Source: Auanema rhodensis (taxonomy: Eukaryota > Animalia > Nematoda). Taken from it: a stretch of 64,000 nucleotides of DNA. Both the position numbers and the translations under genes were made by a program. Numbering within the stretch: position 1 is the first letter of the stretch; each line of letters begins with the position of its first letter. The DNA lies in NCBI GenBank assembly GCA_964057225.1, contig OZ059900.1, positions 2,232,001-2,296,000 of the forward strand. The letters run 5' to 3'. The notes beneath the pieces were generated by a model. That model was not told where the DNA came from, did no database searches, and was given only the letters and a program-made list of their open reading frames with translations. Of the stretch, positions 1 to 14,193 are shown in pieces.

Positions 1-530
1 TATTCATTTTGATCAAAAAAGGTCGAAAATAGAAAGAATTTTTGAAATTTCCGAGTTTTGAGTCTAATTTGGCTAAATCGCTCATATATATGATCAGAAG
101 CATAGTTTTAATGTCTATGACAACAAAAATCATCAATTAAACGCTAGTGATGTTTAAATACTGATTTTCGCTCAAATAGCATTACTACACTAAGTATGGT
201 CGTTTTTATGCCTTTAACACCATATACTCACCGATTTTTGGTACAAAATCTGTAATACTCGTAAAATTTGATCATATTTGTTAAGATTTGAGAATCAAAC
301 ACACAATACACAAAATCAGTCTATTTTTATGAGTTTACACTGATATATATTCATTTTCATCAAAAAAGGTCGAAAATAGAAAGAATTTTTGAATTTTCCG
401 AGTTTTGAGTCGAATTGGGCTAAATCGCTCATATATATGATCAAAAGCATAGTTTTACTGTCTATGATAACAAAAGTCTTCAAATATACACTAATAATGA
501 TTAAATCACTGAATTTCACTCAAATAGCAT

Positions 531-601
531 TACTACACTAAGTATGGTCGTTTTTATGCCTTTAACACCATATACTCACCGATTTTTGGTACAAAATCTG
601 T
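531..601. other. Near-invariant ~70-bp block of the monomer (one representative copy; present in every monomer)
   Basis: Identical across monomer types A-G, whereas the flanking segments carry many type-specific substitutions. Only sporadic single changes were seen (e.g. ATGCATTT, GTTTTCATG, CTCAACGAT). Confidence 0.85.
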
Positions 602-3600
602 AATACTTGTAAATTTTGATCATATTTGTTAAGATTCGAGAATCAAACACATAATACACAAAATAAGTCTATTTTTACAAGTTTGCACTGATATTTATTC
701 ATTTTGATCAAAAAAGGTCGAAAATAGAAAGAATTTTTGAAATTTCCGAGTTTTGAGTCCAATTTGGCTAAATCGCTCATATATATGATCAAAAGCATAG
801 TGTTATTGTCTATAACAACAAAAGTCATCAATTAAACGCTAGTGATGTTTAAATACTGAATTTCGCTCAAATAGCATTACTACACTAAGTATGGTCGTTT
901 TTATGCCTTTAACACCATATACTCACCGATTTTTGGTACAAAATCTGTAATACTCGTAAATTTTGATCATATTCGTTAAGATTTGAGAATCAAACATACA
1001 ATACACAAAATCAGTCTATTTTTATGAGCTTGCACTGATATATATTCATTTTGATCAAAAAAGGTCGAAAATAGAAAGAATTTTTGAAATTTCCGAGTTT
1101 TGAGTCTAATTTGGCTAAATCGCTCATATATATGATCAAAAGAATAGTTTTATTGTCTATGACAACAAAAGTCATCAATTAAATGCTAGTGATGTTTAAA
1201 TACTGAATTTTGCTCAAATAGCATTACTACACTAAGTATGGTCGTTTTTATGCCTTTAACACCATATACTCACCGATTTTTGGTACAAAATCTGTAATAC
1301 TCGTAAATTTTGATCATATCTGGTGAGATTCGAGAATCAAACACACAATACACAAAATAAGTTTATTTTGACGAGTTTGCACTGGTATTTATTCATTTTG
1401 ATCAAAAAAGGTCGAAAATAGAAAGAATTTTTGAATTTTCCGAGTTTTGAGTCCAATTGGGCTAAATCGCTCATATATATGATCAAAAGCATAGTTTTAC
1501 TGTCTATGATAACAAAAGTCTTCAAATATACACTAATAATGATCAAATCACTGAATTTCACTCAAATAGCATTACTACACTAAGTATGGTCGTTTTTATG
1601 CCTTTAACACCATATACTCACCGATTTTTGGTACAAAATCTGTGATACTCGTAAATTTCGATCATATTCGTTAAGATTTGAGAATCAAACATACAATACA
1701 CAAAATCAGTCTATTTTTATGAGCTTGCACTGATATATATTCATTTTGATCAAAAAAGGTCGAAAATAGAATGAATTTTTGAAATTTCCGAGTTTTGAGT
1801 CTAATTTGGCTAAATCGCTCATATATATGATCAAAAGCATAGTTTTACTGTCTATGATAACAAAAGTCTTCAAATATACACTATGAATGATTAAATCACT
1901 GATTTTCAGTCAAATAGCATTACTACACTAAGTATGGTCGTTTTTATGCATTTAACACCATATACTCACCGATTTTTGGTACAAAATCTGTAATACTTGT
2001 AAATTTTGATCATATTTGTTAAGATTCGAGAATCAAACACATAATACACGAAATAAGTCTATTTTTACAAGTTTGCACTGATATTTATTCATTTTGATCA
2101 AAAAAGGTCGAAAATAGAAAAAATTTTTGAAATTTCCGAGTTTTGAGTCCAATTTGGCTAAATCGCTCATATATAAGATCAAAAGCATAGTTTTATTGTC
2201 TATAACAACAAAAGTCATCAATTAAACGCTAGTGATATTTAAATACTGATTTTTGCTCAAGTAGCATTACTACACTAAGTATGGTCGTTTTTATGCCTTT
2301 AACACCATATACTCACCGATTTTTGGTACAAAATCTGTAATACTTGTAAATTTTGATCATATTTGTTAAGATTCGAGAATCAAACACATAATACACAAAA
2401 TAAGTCTATTTTTACAAGTTTGCACTGATATTTATTCATTTTGATCAAAAAAGGTCGAAAATAGAAAGAATTTTTGAAATTTCCGAGTTTTGAGTCCAAT
2501 TTGGCTAAATCGCTCATATATATGATCAAAAGCATAGTTTTATTGTCTATAACAACAAAAGTCATCAATTAAACGCTAGTGATGTTTAAATACTGAATTT
2601 CGCTCAAATAGCATTACTACACTAAGTATGGTCGTTTTTATGCCTTTAACACCATATACTCACCGATTTTTGGTACAAAATCTGTAATACTCGTAAATTT
2701 TGATCATATTCGTTAAGATTTGAGAATCAAACATACAATACACAAAATCAGTCTATTTTTATGAGCTTGCACTGATATATATTCATTTTGATCAAAAAAG
2801 GTCGAAAATAGAAAGAATTTTTGAAATTTCCGAGTTTTGAGTCTAATTTGGCTAAATCGCTCATATATATGATCAAAAGCATAGTTTTATTGTCTATGAC
2901 AACAAAAGTCATCAATTAAATGCTAGTGATGTTTAAATACTGAATTTCGCTCAAATAGCATTACTACACTAAGTATGGTCGTTTTTATGCCTTTAACACC
3001 ATATACTCACCGATTTTTGGTACAAAATCTGTAATACTCGTAAATTTTGATCATATTCGGTGAGATTCGAGAATCAAACACACAATACACGAAATAAGTT
3101 TATTTTGACGAGTTTGCACTGGTATTTATTCATTTTGATCAAAAAAGGTCGAAAATAGAAAGAATTTTTGAATTTTCCGAGTTTTGAGTCCAATTGGGCT
3201 AAATCGCTCATATATATGATCAAAAGCATAGTTTTACTGTCTATGATAACAAAAGTCTTCAAATATACACTAATAATGTGTAAATCACTGAATTTCACTC
3301 AAATAGCTTTACTACACTAAGTATGGTCGTTTTTATGCCTTTAACACCATATACTCACCGATTTTTGGTACAAAATCTGTAATACTCGTAAATTTCGATC
3401 ATATTCGTTAAGATTCGAGAATCAAACACACAATACACGAAATAAGTTTATTTTTACGAGTTTGCACTGATATTTATTCATTTTGATCAAAAAAGGTCGA
3501 AAATAGAAAGAATTTTTGAATTTTCCGAGTTTTGAGTCCAATTGGGCTAAATCGCTCATATATATGATCAAAAGCATAGTTTCACTGTCTATGATAACAA

Positions 3601-6600
3601 AAGTCTTCAAATATACACTAGTAATGATGAAATCACTGAATTTCACTCGAATAGCATTACTACACTAAGTATGGTCGTTTTTATGCCTTTAACACCATAT
3701 ACTCACCGATTTTTGGTACAAAATCTGTAATACTTGTAAATTTTGATCATATTTGTTAAGATTCGAGAATCAAACACATAATACACGAAATAAGTCTATT
3801 TTTACAAGTTTGCACTGATATTTATTCATTTTGATCAAAAAAGGTCGAAAATAGAAAGAATTTTTGAAATTTCCGAGTTTTGAGTCCAATTTGGCTAAAT
3901 CGCTCATATATATGATCAAAAGCATAGTGTTATTGTCTATAACAACAAAAGTCATCAATTAAACGCTAGTGATGTTTAAATACTGAATTTCGCTCAAATA
4001 GCATTACTACACTAAGTATGGTCGTTTTTATGCCTTTAACACCATATACTCACCGATTTTTGGTACAAAATCTGTAATACTCGTAAATTTTGATCATATT
4101 CGTTAAGATTTGAGAATCAAACATACAATACACAAAATCAGTCTATTTTTATGAGCTTGCACTGATATATATTCATTTTGATCAAAAAAGGTCGAAAATA
4201 GAAAGAATTTTTGAAATTTCCGAGTTTTGAGTCTAATTTGGCTAAATCGCTCATATATATGATCAAAAGCATAGTTTTATTGTCTATGACAACAAAAGTC
4301 ATCAATTAAATGCTAGTGATGTTTAAATACTGAATTTCGCTCAAATAGCATTACTACACTAAGTATGGTCGTTTTTATGCCTTTAACACCATATACTCAC
4401 CGATTTTTGGTACAAAATCTGTAATACTCGTAAATTTTGATCATATCCGGTGAGATTCGAGAATCAAACACACAATACACGAAATAAGTTTATTTTGACG
4501 AGTTTGCACTGGTATTTATTCATTTTGATCAAAAAAGGTCGAAAATAGAAAGAATTTTTGAATTTTCCGAGTTTTGAGTCCAATTGGGCTAAATCGCTCA
4601 TATATATGATCAAAAGCATAGTTTTACTGTCTATGATAACAAAAGTCTTCAAATATACACTAATAATGTGTAAATCACTGAATTTCACTCAAATAGCTTT
4701 ACTACACTAAGTATGGTCGTTTTTATGCCTTTAACACCATATACTCACCGATTTTTGGTACAAAATCTGTAATACTCGTAAATTTCGATCATATTCGTTA
4801 AGATTCGAGAATCAAACACACAATACACGAAATAAGTTTATTTTTACGAGTTTGCACTGATATTTATTCATTTTGATCAAAAAAGGTCGAAAATAGAAAG
4901 AATTTTTGAATTTTCCGAGTTTTGAGTCCAATTGGGCTAAATCGCTCATATATATGATCAAAAGCATAGTTTCACTGTCTATGATAACAAAAGTCTTCAA
5001 ATATACACTAGTAATGATTAAATCACTGAATTTCACTCAAATAGCATTACTACACTAAGTATGGTCGTTTTTATGCCTTTAACACCATATACTCACCGAT
5101 TTTTGGTACAAAATCTGTAATACTTGTAAATTTTGATCATATTTGTTAAGATTCGAGAATCAAACACATAATACACGAAATAAGTCTATTTTTACAAGTT
5201 TGCACTGATATTTATTCATTTTGATCAAAAAAAGGTCGAAAATAGAAAAATTTTTTGAAATTTCCGAGTTTTGAGTCCAATTTGGCTAAATCGCTCATAT
5301 ATAAGATCAAAAGCATAGTTTTATTGTCTATAACAACAAAAGTCATCAATTAAACGCTAGTGATATTTAAATACTGATTTTCGCTCAAGTAGCATTACTA
5401 CACTAAGTATGGTCGTTTTTATGCCTTTAACACCATATACTCACCGATTTTTGGTACAAAATCTGTAATACTTGTAAATTTTGATCATATTCGTTAAGAT
5501 TTGAGAATCGAACATACAATACACAAAATCAGTCTATTTTTATGAGCTTGCACTGATATATATTCATTTTGATCAAAAAAGGTCGAAAATAGAAAGAATT
5601 TTTGAAATTTCCGAGTTTTGAGTCTAATTTGGCTAAATCGCTCATATATATGATCAGAAGCATAGTTTTAATGTCTATGACAACAAAAATCATCAATTAA
5701 ACGCTAGTGATGTTTAAATACTGATTTTCGCTCAAATAGCATTACTACACTAAGTATGGTCGTTTTTATGCCTTTAACACCATATACTCACCGATTTTTG
5801 GTACAAAATCTGTAATACTCGTAAAATTTGATCATATTTGTTAAGATTTGAGAATCAAACACACAATACACGAAATAAGTTTATTTTGACGAGTTTGCAC
5901 TGGTATTTATTCATTTTGATCAAAAAAGGTCGAAAATAGAAAGAATTTTTGAATTTTCCGAGTTTTGAGTCCAATTGGGCTAAATCGCTCATATATATGA
6001 TCAAAAGCATAGTTTTACTGTCTATGATAACAAAAGTCATCAATTAAACGCTAGTGATGTTTAAATACTGAATTTCGCTCAAATAGCATTACTACACTAA
6101 GTATGGTCGTTTTTATGCCTTTAACACCATATACTCACCGATTTTTGGTACAAAATCTGTAATACTCGTAAATTTTGATCATATTCGTTAAGATTTGAGA
6201 ATCAAACATACAATACACAAAATCAGTCTATTTTTATGAGCTTGCACTGATATATATTCATTTTGATCAAAAAAGGTCGAAAATAGAAAGAATTTTTGAA
6301 ATTTCCGAGTTTTGAGTCTAATTTGGCTAAATCGCTCATATATATGATCAAAAGCATAGTTTTATTGTCTATGACAACAAAAGTCATCAATTAAATGCTA
6401 GTGATGTTTAAATACTGAATTTCGCTCAAATAGCATTACTACACTAAGTATGGTCGTTTTTATGCCTTTAACACCATATACTCACCGATTTTTGGTACAA
6501 AATCTGTAATACTCGTAAATTTTGATCATATTCGGTGAGATTCGAGAATCAAACACACAATACACGAAATAAGTTTATTTTGACGAGTTTGCACTGGTAT

Positions 6601-9600
6601 TTATTCATTTTGATCAAAAAAGGTCGAAAATAGAAAGAATTTTTGAATTTTCCGAGTTTTGAGTCCAATTGGGCTAAATCGCTAATATATATGATCAAAA
6701 GCATAGTTTTACTGTCTATGATAACAAAAGTCTTCAAATATACACTAATAATGTGTAAATCACTGAATTTCACTCAAATAGCTTTACTACACTAAGTATG
6801 GTCGTTTTTATGCCTTTAACACCATATACTCACCGATTTTTGGTACAAAATCTGTAATACTCGTAAATTTCGATCATATTCGTTAAGATTCGAGAATCAA
6901 ACACACAATACACGAAATAAGTTTATTTTTACGAGTTTGCACTGATATTTATTCATTTTGATCAAAAAAGGTCGAAAATAGAAAGAATTTTTGAATTTTC
7001 CGAGTTTTGAGTCCAATTGGGCTAAATCGCTCATATATATGATCAAAAGCATAGTTTCACTGTCTATGATAACAAAGGTCTTCAAATATACACTAGTAAT
7101 GATTAAATCACTGAATTTCACTCAAATAGCATTACTACACTAAGTATGGTCGTTTTTATGCCTTTAACACCATATACTCACCGATTTTTGGTACAAAATC
7201 TGTAATACTTGTAAATTTTGATCATATTTGTTAAGATTCGAGAATCAAACACATAATACACGAAATAAGTCTATTTTTACAAGTTTGCACTGATATTTAT
7301 TCATTTTGATCAAAAAAAGGTCGAAAATAGAAAAATTTTTTGAAATTTCCGAGTTTTGAGTCCAATTTGGCTAAATCGCTCATATATAAGATCAAAAGCA
7401 TAGTTTTATTGTCTATAACAACAAAAGTCATCAATTAAACGCTAGTGATATTTAAATACTGATTTTCGCTCAAGTAGCATTACTACACTAAGTATGGTCG
7501 TTTTTATGCCTTTAACACCATATACTCACCGATTTTTGGTACAAAATCTGTAATACTTGTAAATTTTGATCATATTCGTTAAGATTTGAGAATCGAACAT
7601 ACAATACACAAAATCAGTCTATTTTTATGAGCTTGCACTGATATATATTCATTTTGATCAAAAAAGGTCGAAAATAGAAAGAATTTTTGAAATTTCCGAG
7701 TTTTGAGTCTAATTTGGCTAAATCGCTCATATATATGATCAGAAGCATAGTTTTAATGTCTATGACAACAAAAATCATCAATTAAACGCTAGTGATGTTT
7801 AAATACTGATTTTCGCTCAAATAGCATTACTACACTAAGTATGGTCGTTTTTATGCCTTTAACACCATATACTCACCGATTTTTGGTACAAAATCTGTAA
7901 TACTCGTAAAATTTGATCATATTTGTTAAGATTTGAGAATCAAACACACAATACACAAAATCAGTCTATTTTTATGAGTTTACACTGATATATATTCATT
8001 TTCATCAAAAAAGGTCGAAAATAGAAAGAATTTTTGAATTTTCCGAGTTTTGAGTCGAATTGGGCTAAATCGCTCATAGATATGATCAAAAGCATAGTTT
8101 TACTGTCTATGATAACAAAAGTCTTCAAATATACACTAATAATGATTAAATCACTGAATTTCACTCAAATAGCATTACTACACTAAGTATGGTCGTTTTT
8201 ATGCCTTTAACACCATATACTCACCGATTTTTGGTACAAAATCTGTAATACTTGTAAATTTTGATCATATTTGTTAAGATTCGAGAATCAAACACATAAT
8301 ACACAAAATAAGTCTATTTTTACAAGTTTGCACTGATATTTATTCATTTTGATCAAAAAAGGTCGAAAATAGAAAGAATTTTTGAAATTTCCGAGTTTTG
8401 AGTCCAATTTGGCTAAATCGCTCATATATATGATCAAAAGCATAGTTTTATTGTCTATAACAACAAAAGTCATCAATTAAACGCTAGTGATGTTTAAATA
8501 CTGAATTTCGCTCAAATAGCATTACTACACTAAGTATGGTCGTTTTTATGCCTTTAACACCATATACTCACCGATTTTTGGTACAAAATCTGTAATACTC
8601 GTAAATTTTGATCATATTCGTTAAGATTTGAGAATCAAACATACAATACACAAAATCAGTCTATTTTTATGAGCTTGCACTGATATATATTCATTTTGAT
8701 CAAAAAAGGTCGAAAATAGAAAGAATTTTTGAAATTTCCGAGTTTTGAGTCTAATTTGGCTAAATCGCTCATATATATGATCAAAAGCATAGTTTTATTG
8801 TCTATGACAACAAAAGTCATCAATTAAATGCTAGTGATGTTTAAATACTGAATTTCGCTCAAATAGCATTACTACACTAAGTATGGTCGTTTTTATGCCT
8901 TTAACACCATATACTCACCGATTTTTGGTACAAAATCTGTAATACTCGTAAATTTTGATCATATTCGGTGAGATTCGAGAATCAAACACACAATACACGA
9001 AATAAGTTTATTTTGACGAGTTTGCACTGGTATTTATTCATTTTGATCAAAAAAGGTCGAAAATAGAAAGAATTTTTGAATTTTCCGAGTTTTGAGTCCA
9101 ATTGGGCTAAATCGCTCATATATATGATCAAAAGCATAGTTTTACTGTCTATGATAACAAAAGTCTTCAAATATACACTAATAATGTGTAAATCACTGAA
9201 TTTCACTCAAATAGCATTACTACACTAAGTATGGTCGTTTTTATGCCTTTAACACCATATACTCACCGATTTTTGGTACAAAATCTGTAATACTTGTAAA
9301 TTTTGATCATATTCGTTAAGATTTGAGAATCGAACATACAATACACAAAATCAGTCTATTTTTATGAGCTTGCACTGATATATATTCATTTTGATCAAAA
9401 AAGGTCGAAAATAGAAAGAATTTTTGAAATTTCCGAGTTTTGAGTCTAATTTGGCTAAATCGCTCATATATATGATCAGAAGCATAGTTTTAATGTCTAT
9501 GACAACAAAAATCATCAATTAAACGCTAGTGATGTTTAAATACTGATTTTCGCTCAAATAGCATTACTACACTAAGTATGGTCGTTTTTATGCCTTTAAC

Positions 9601-11067
9601 ACCATATACTCACCGATTTTTGGTACAAAATCTGTAATACTCGTAAAATTTGATCATATTTGTTAAGATTTGAGAATCAAACACACAATACACAAAATCA
9701 GTCTATTTTTATGAGTTTACACTGATATATATTCATTTTCATCAAAAAAGGTCGAAAATAGAAAGAATTTTTGAATTTTCCGAGTTTTGAGTCGAATTGG
9801 GCTAAATCGCTCATATATATGATCAAAAGCATAGTTTTACTGTCTATGATAACAAAAGTCTTCAAATATACACTAATAATGATTAAATCACTGAATTTCA
9901 CTCAAATAGCATTACTACACTAAGTATGGTCGTTTTTATGCCTTTAACACCATATACTCACCGATTTTTGGTACAAAATCTGTAATACTTGTAAATTTTG
10001 ATCATATTTGTTAAGATTCGAGAATCAAACACATAATACACAAAATAAGTCTATTTTTACAAGTTTGCACTGATATTTATTCATTTTGATCAAAAAAGGT
10101 CGAAAATAGAAAGAATTTTTGAAATTTCCGAGTTTTGAGTCTAATTTGGCTAAATCGCTCATATATATGATCAAAAGAATAGTTTTATTGTCTATGACAA
10201 CAAAAGTCATCAATTAAATGCTAGTGATGTTTAAATACTGAATTTTGCTCAAATAGCATTACTACACTAAGTATGGTCGTTTTTATGCCTTTAACACCAT
10301 ATACTCACCGATTTTTGGTACAAAATCTGTAATACTCGTAAATTTTGATCATATCCGGTGAGATTCGAGAATCAAACACACAATACACAAAATAAGTTTA
10401 TTTTGACGAGTTTGCACTGGTATTTATTCATTTTGATCAAAAAAGGTCGAAAATAGAAAGAATTTTTGAATTTTCCGAGTTTTGAGTCCAATTGGGCTAA
10501 ATCGCTCATATATATGATCAAAAGCATAGTTTTACTGTCTATGATAACAAAAGTCTTCAAATATACACTAATAATGATCAAATCACTGAATTTCACTCAA
10601 ATAGCATTACTACACTAAGTATGGTCGTTTTTATGCCTTTAACACCATATACTCACCGATTTTTGGTACAAAATCTGTGATACTCGTAAATTTTGATCAT
10701 ATTCGTTAAGATTTGAGAATCAAACATACAATACACAAAATCAGTCTATTTTTATGAGCTTGCACTGATATATATTCATTTTGATCAAAAAAGGTCGAAA
10801 ATAGAATGAATTTTTGAAATTTCCGAGTTTTGAGTCTAATTTGGCTAAATCGCTCATATATATGATCAAAAGCATAGTTTTACTGTCTATGATAACAAAA
10901 GCCTTCAAATATACACTATGAATGATTAAATCACTGATTTTCAGTCAAATAGCATTACTACACTAAGTATGGTCGTTTTTATGCATTTAACACCATATAC
11001 TCACCGATTTTTGGTACAAAATCTGTAATACTTGTAAATTTTGATCATATTTGTTAAGATTCGAGAA

Positions 11068-14000
11068 TCAAACACATAATACACGAAATAAGTCTATTTT
11101 TATGAGCTTGCACTGATATATATTCATTTTGATCAAAAAAGGTCGAAAATAGAAAGAATTTTTGAAATTTCCGAGTTTTGAGTCCAATTTGGCTAAATCG
11201 CTCATATATAAGATCAAAAGCATAGTTTTATTGTCTATAACAACAAAAGTCATCAATTAAACGCTAGTGATATTTAAATACTGATTTTTGCTCAAGTAGC
11301 ATTACTACACTAAGTATGGTCGTTTTCATGCCTTTAACACCATATACTCACCGATTTTTGGTACAAAATCTGTAATACTTGTAAATTTTGATCATATTCG
11401 TTAAGATTTGAGAATCGAACATACAATACACAAAATCAGTCTATTTTTATGAGCTTGCACTGATATATATTCATTTTGATCAAAAAAGGTCGAAAATAGA
11501 AAGAATTTTTGAAATTTCCGAGTTTTGAGTCTAATTTGGCTAAATCGCTCATATATATGATCAGAAGCATAGTTTTAATGTCTATGACAACAAAAATCAT
11601 CAATTAAACGCTAGTGATGTTTAAATACTGATTTTCGCTCAAATAGCATTACTACACTAAGTATGGTCGTTTTTATGCTTTTAACACCATATACTCACCG
11701 ATTTTTGGTACAAAATCTGTAATACTCGTAAAATTTGATCATATTTGTTAAGATTTGAGAATCAAACACACAATACACAAAATCAGTCTATTTTTATGAG
11801 TTTACACTGATATATATTCATTTTCATCAAAAAAGGTCGAAAATAGAAAGAATTTTTGAATTTTCCGAGTTTTGAGTCGAATTGGGCTAAATCGCTCATA
11901 TATATGATCGAAAGCATAGTTTTACTGTCTATGATAACAAAAGTCTTCAAATATACACTATGAATGATTAAATCACTGATTTTCAGTCAAATAGCATTAC
12001 TACACTAAGTATGGTCGTTTTTATGCATTTAACACCATATACTCACCGATTTTTGGTACAAAATCTGTAATACTTGTAAATTTTGATCATATTTGTTAAG
12101 ATTCGAGAATCAAACACATAATACACGAAATAAGTCTATTTTTATGAGCTTGCACTGATATTTATTCATTTTGATCAAAAAAGGTCGAAAATAGAAAAAA
12201 TTTTTGAAATTTCCGAGTTTTGAGTCCAATTTGGCTAAATCGCTCATATATAAGATCAAAAGCATAGTTTTATTGTCTATAACAACAAAAGTCATCAATT
12301 AAACGCTAGTGATATTTAAATACTGATTTTTGCTCAAGTAGCATTACTACACTAAGTATGGTCGTTTTCATGCCTTTAACACCATATACTCACCGATTTT
12401 TGGTACAAAATCTGTAATACTTGTAAATTTTGATCATATTCGTTAAGATTTGAGAATCGAACATACAATACACAAAATCAGTCTATTTTTATGAGCTTGC
12501 ACTGATATATATTCATTTTGATCAAAAAAGGTCGAAAATAGAAAGAATTTTTGAAATTTCCGAGTTTTGAGTCTAATTTGGCTAAATCGCTCATATATAT
12601 GATCAGAAGCATAGTTTTAATGTCTATGACAACAAAAATCATCAATTAAACGCTAGTGATGTTTAAATACTGATTTTCGCTCAAATAGCATTACTACACT
12701 AAGTATGGTCGTTTTTATGCTTTTAACACCATATACTCACCGATTTTTGGTACAAAATCTGTAATACTCGTAAAATTTGATCATATTTGTTAAGATTTGA
12801 GAATCAAACACACAATACACAAAATCAGTCTATTTTTATGAGTTTACACTGATATATATTCATTTTCATCAAAAAAGGTCGAAAATAGAAAGAATTTTTG
12901 AATTTTCCGAGTTTTGAGTCGAATTGGGCTAAATCGCTCATATATATGATCGAAAGCATAGTTTTACTGTCTATGATAACAAAAGTCTTCAAATATACAC
13001 TATGAATGATTAAATCACTGATTTTCAGTCAAATAGCATTACTACACTAAGTATGGTCGTTTTTATGCATTTAACACCATATACTCACCGATTTTTGGTA
13101 CAAAATCTGTAATACTTGTAAATTTTGATCATATTTGTTAAGATTCGAGAATCAAACACATAATACACGAAATAAGTCTATTTTTATGAGCTTGCACTGA
13201 TATTTATTCATTTTGATCAAAAAAGGTCGAAAATAGAAAAAATTTTTGAAATTTCCGAGTTTTGAGTCCAATTTGGCTAAATCGCTCATATATAAGATCA
13301 AAAGCATAGTTTTATTGTCTATAACAACAAAAGTCATCAATTAAACGCTAGTGATATTTAAATACTGATTTTTGCTCAAGTAGCATTACTACACTAAGTA
13401 TGGTCGTTTTCATGCCTTTAACACCATATACTCACCGATTTTTGGTACAAAATCTGTAATACTTGTAAATTTTGATCATATTCGTTAAGATTTGAGAATC
13501 GAACATACAATACACAAAATCAGTCTATTTTTATGAGCTTGCACTGATATATATTCATTTTGATCAAAAAAGGTCGAAAATAGAAAGAATTTTTGAAATT
13601 TCCGAGTTTTGAGTCTAATTTGGCTAAATCGCTCATATATATGATCAGAAGCATAGTTTTAATGTCTATGACAACAAAAATCATCAATTAAACGCTAGTG
13701 ATGTTTAAATACTGATTTTCGCTCAAATAGCATTACTACACTAAGTATGGTCGTTTTTATGCTTTTAACACCATATACTCACCGATTTTTGGTACAAAAT
13801 CTGTAATACTCGTAAAATTTGATCATATTTGTTAAGATTTGAGAATCAAACACACAATACACAAAATCAGTCTATTTTTATGAGTTTACACTGATATATA
13901 TTCATTTTCATCAAAAAAGGTCGAAAATAGAAAGAATTTTTGAATTTTCCGAGTTTTGAGTCGAATTGGGCTAAATCGCTCATATATATGATCAAAAGCA

Positions 14001-14193
14001 TAGTTTTACTGTCTATGATAACAAAAGTCTTCAAATATACACTAATAATGATTAAATCACTGAATTTCACTCAAATAGCATTACTACACTAAGTATGGTC
14101 GTTTTTATGCCTTTAACACCATATACTCACCGATTTTTGGTACAAAATCTGTAATACTTGTAAATTTTGATCATATTTGTTAAGATTCGAGAA
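11068..14193. repeat. Local 3-mer HOR (F'-G-A/H), 1042-bp period, three copies
   Basis: ORFs at 11068, 12110 and 13152 are 1042 apart. The rare variants GTTTTCATG and TTATGCTTTT, both in the conserved block, recur with the same period. Confidence 0.92.

Noticed and set aside
3403-3421. CENP-B box-like motif TTCGTTAAGATTCGAGA in E-type monomers
   Set aside because: It does not fit the core TTCGNNNNANNCGGG: the spacing is one base too long and the end is CGAG. Both CpGs are polymorphic across monomer types.
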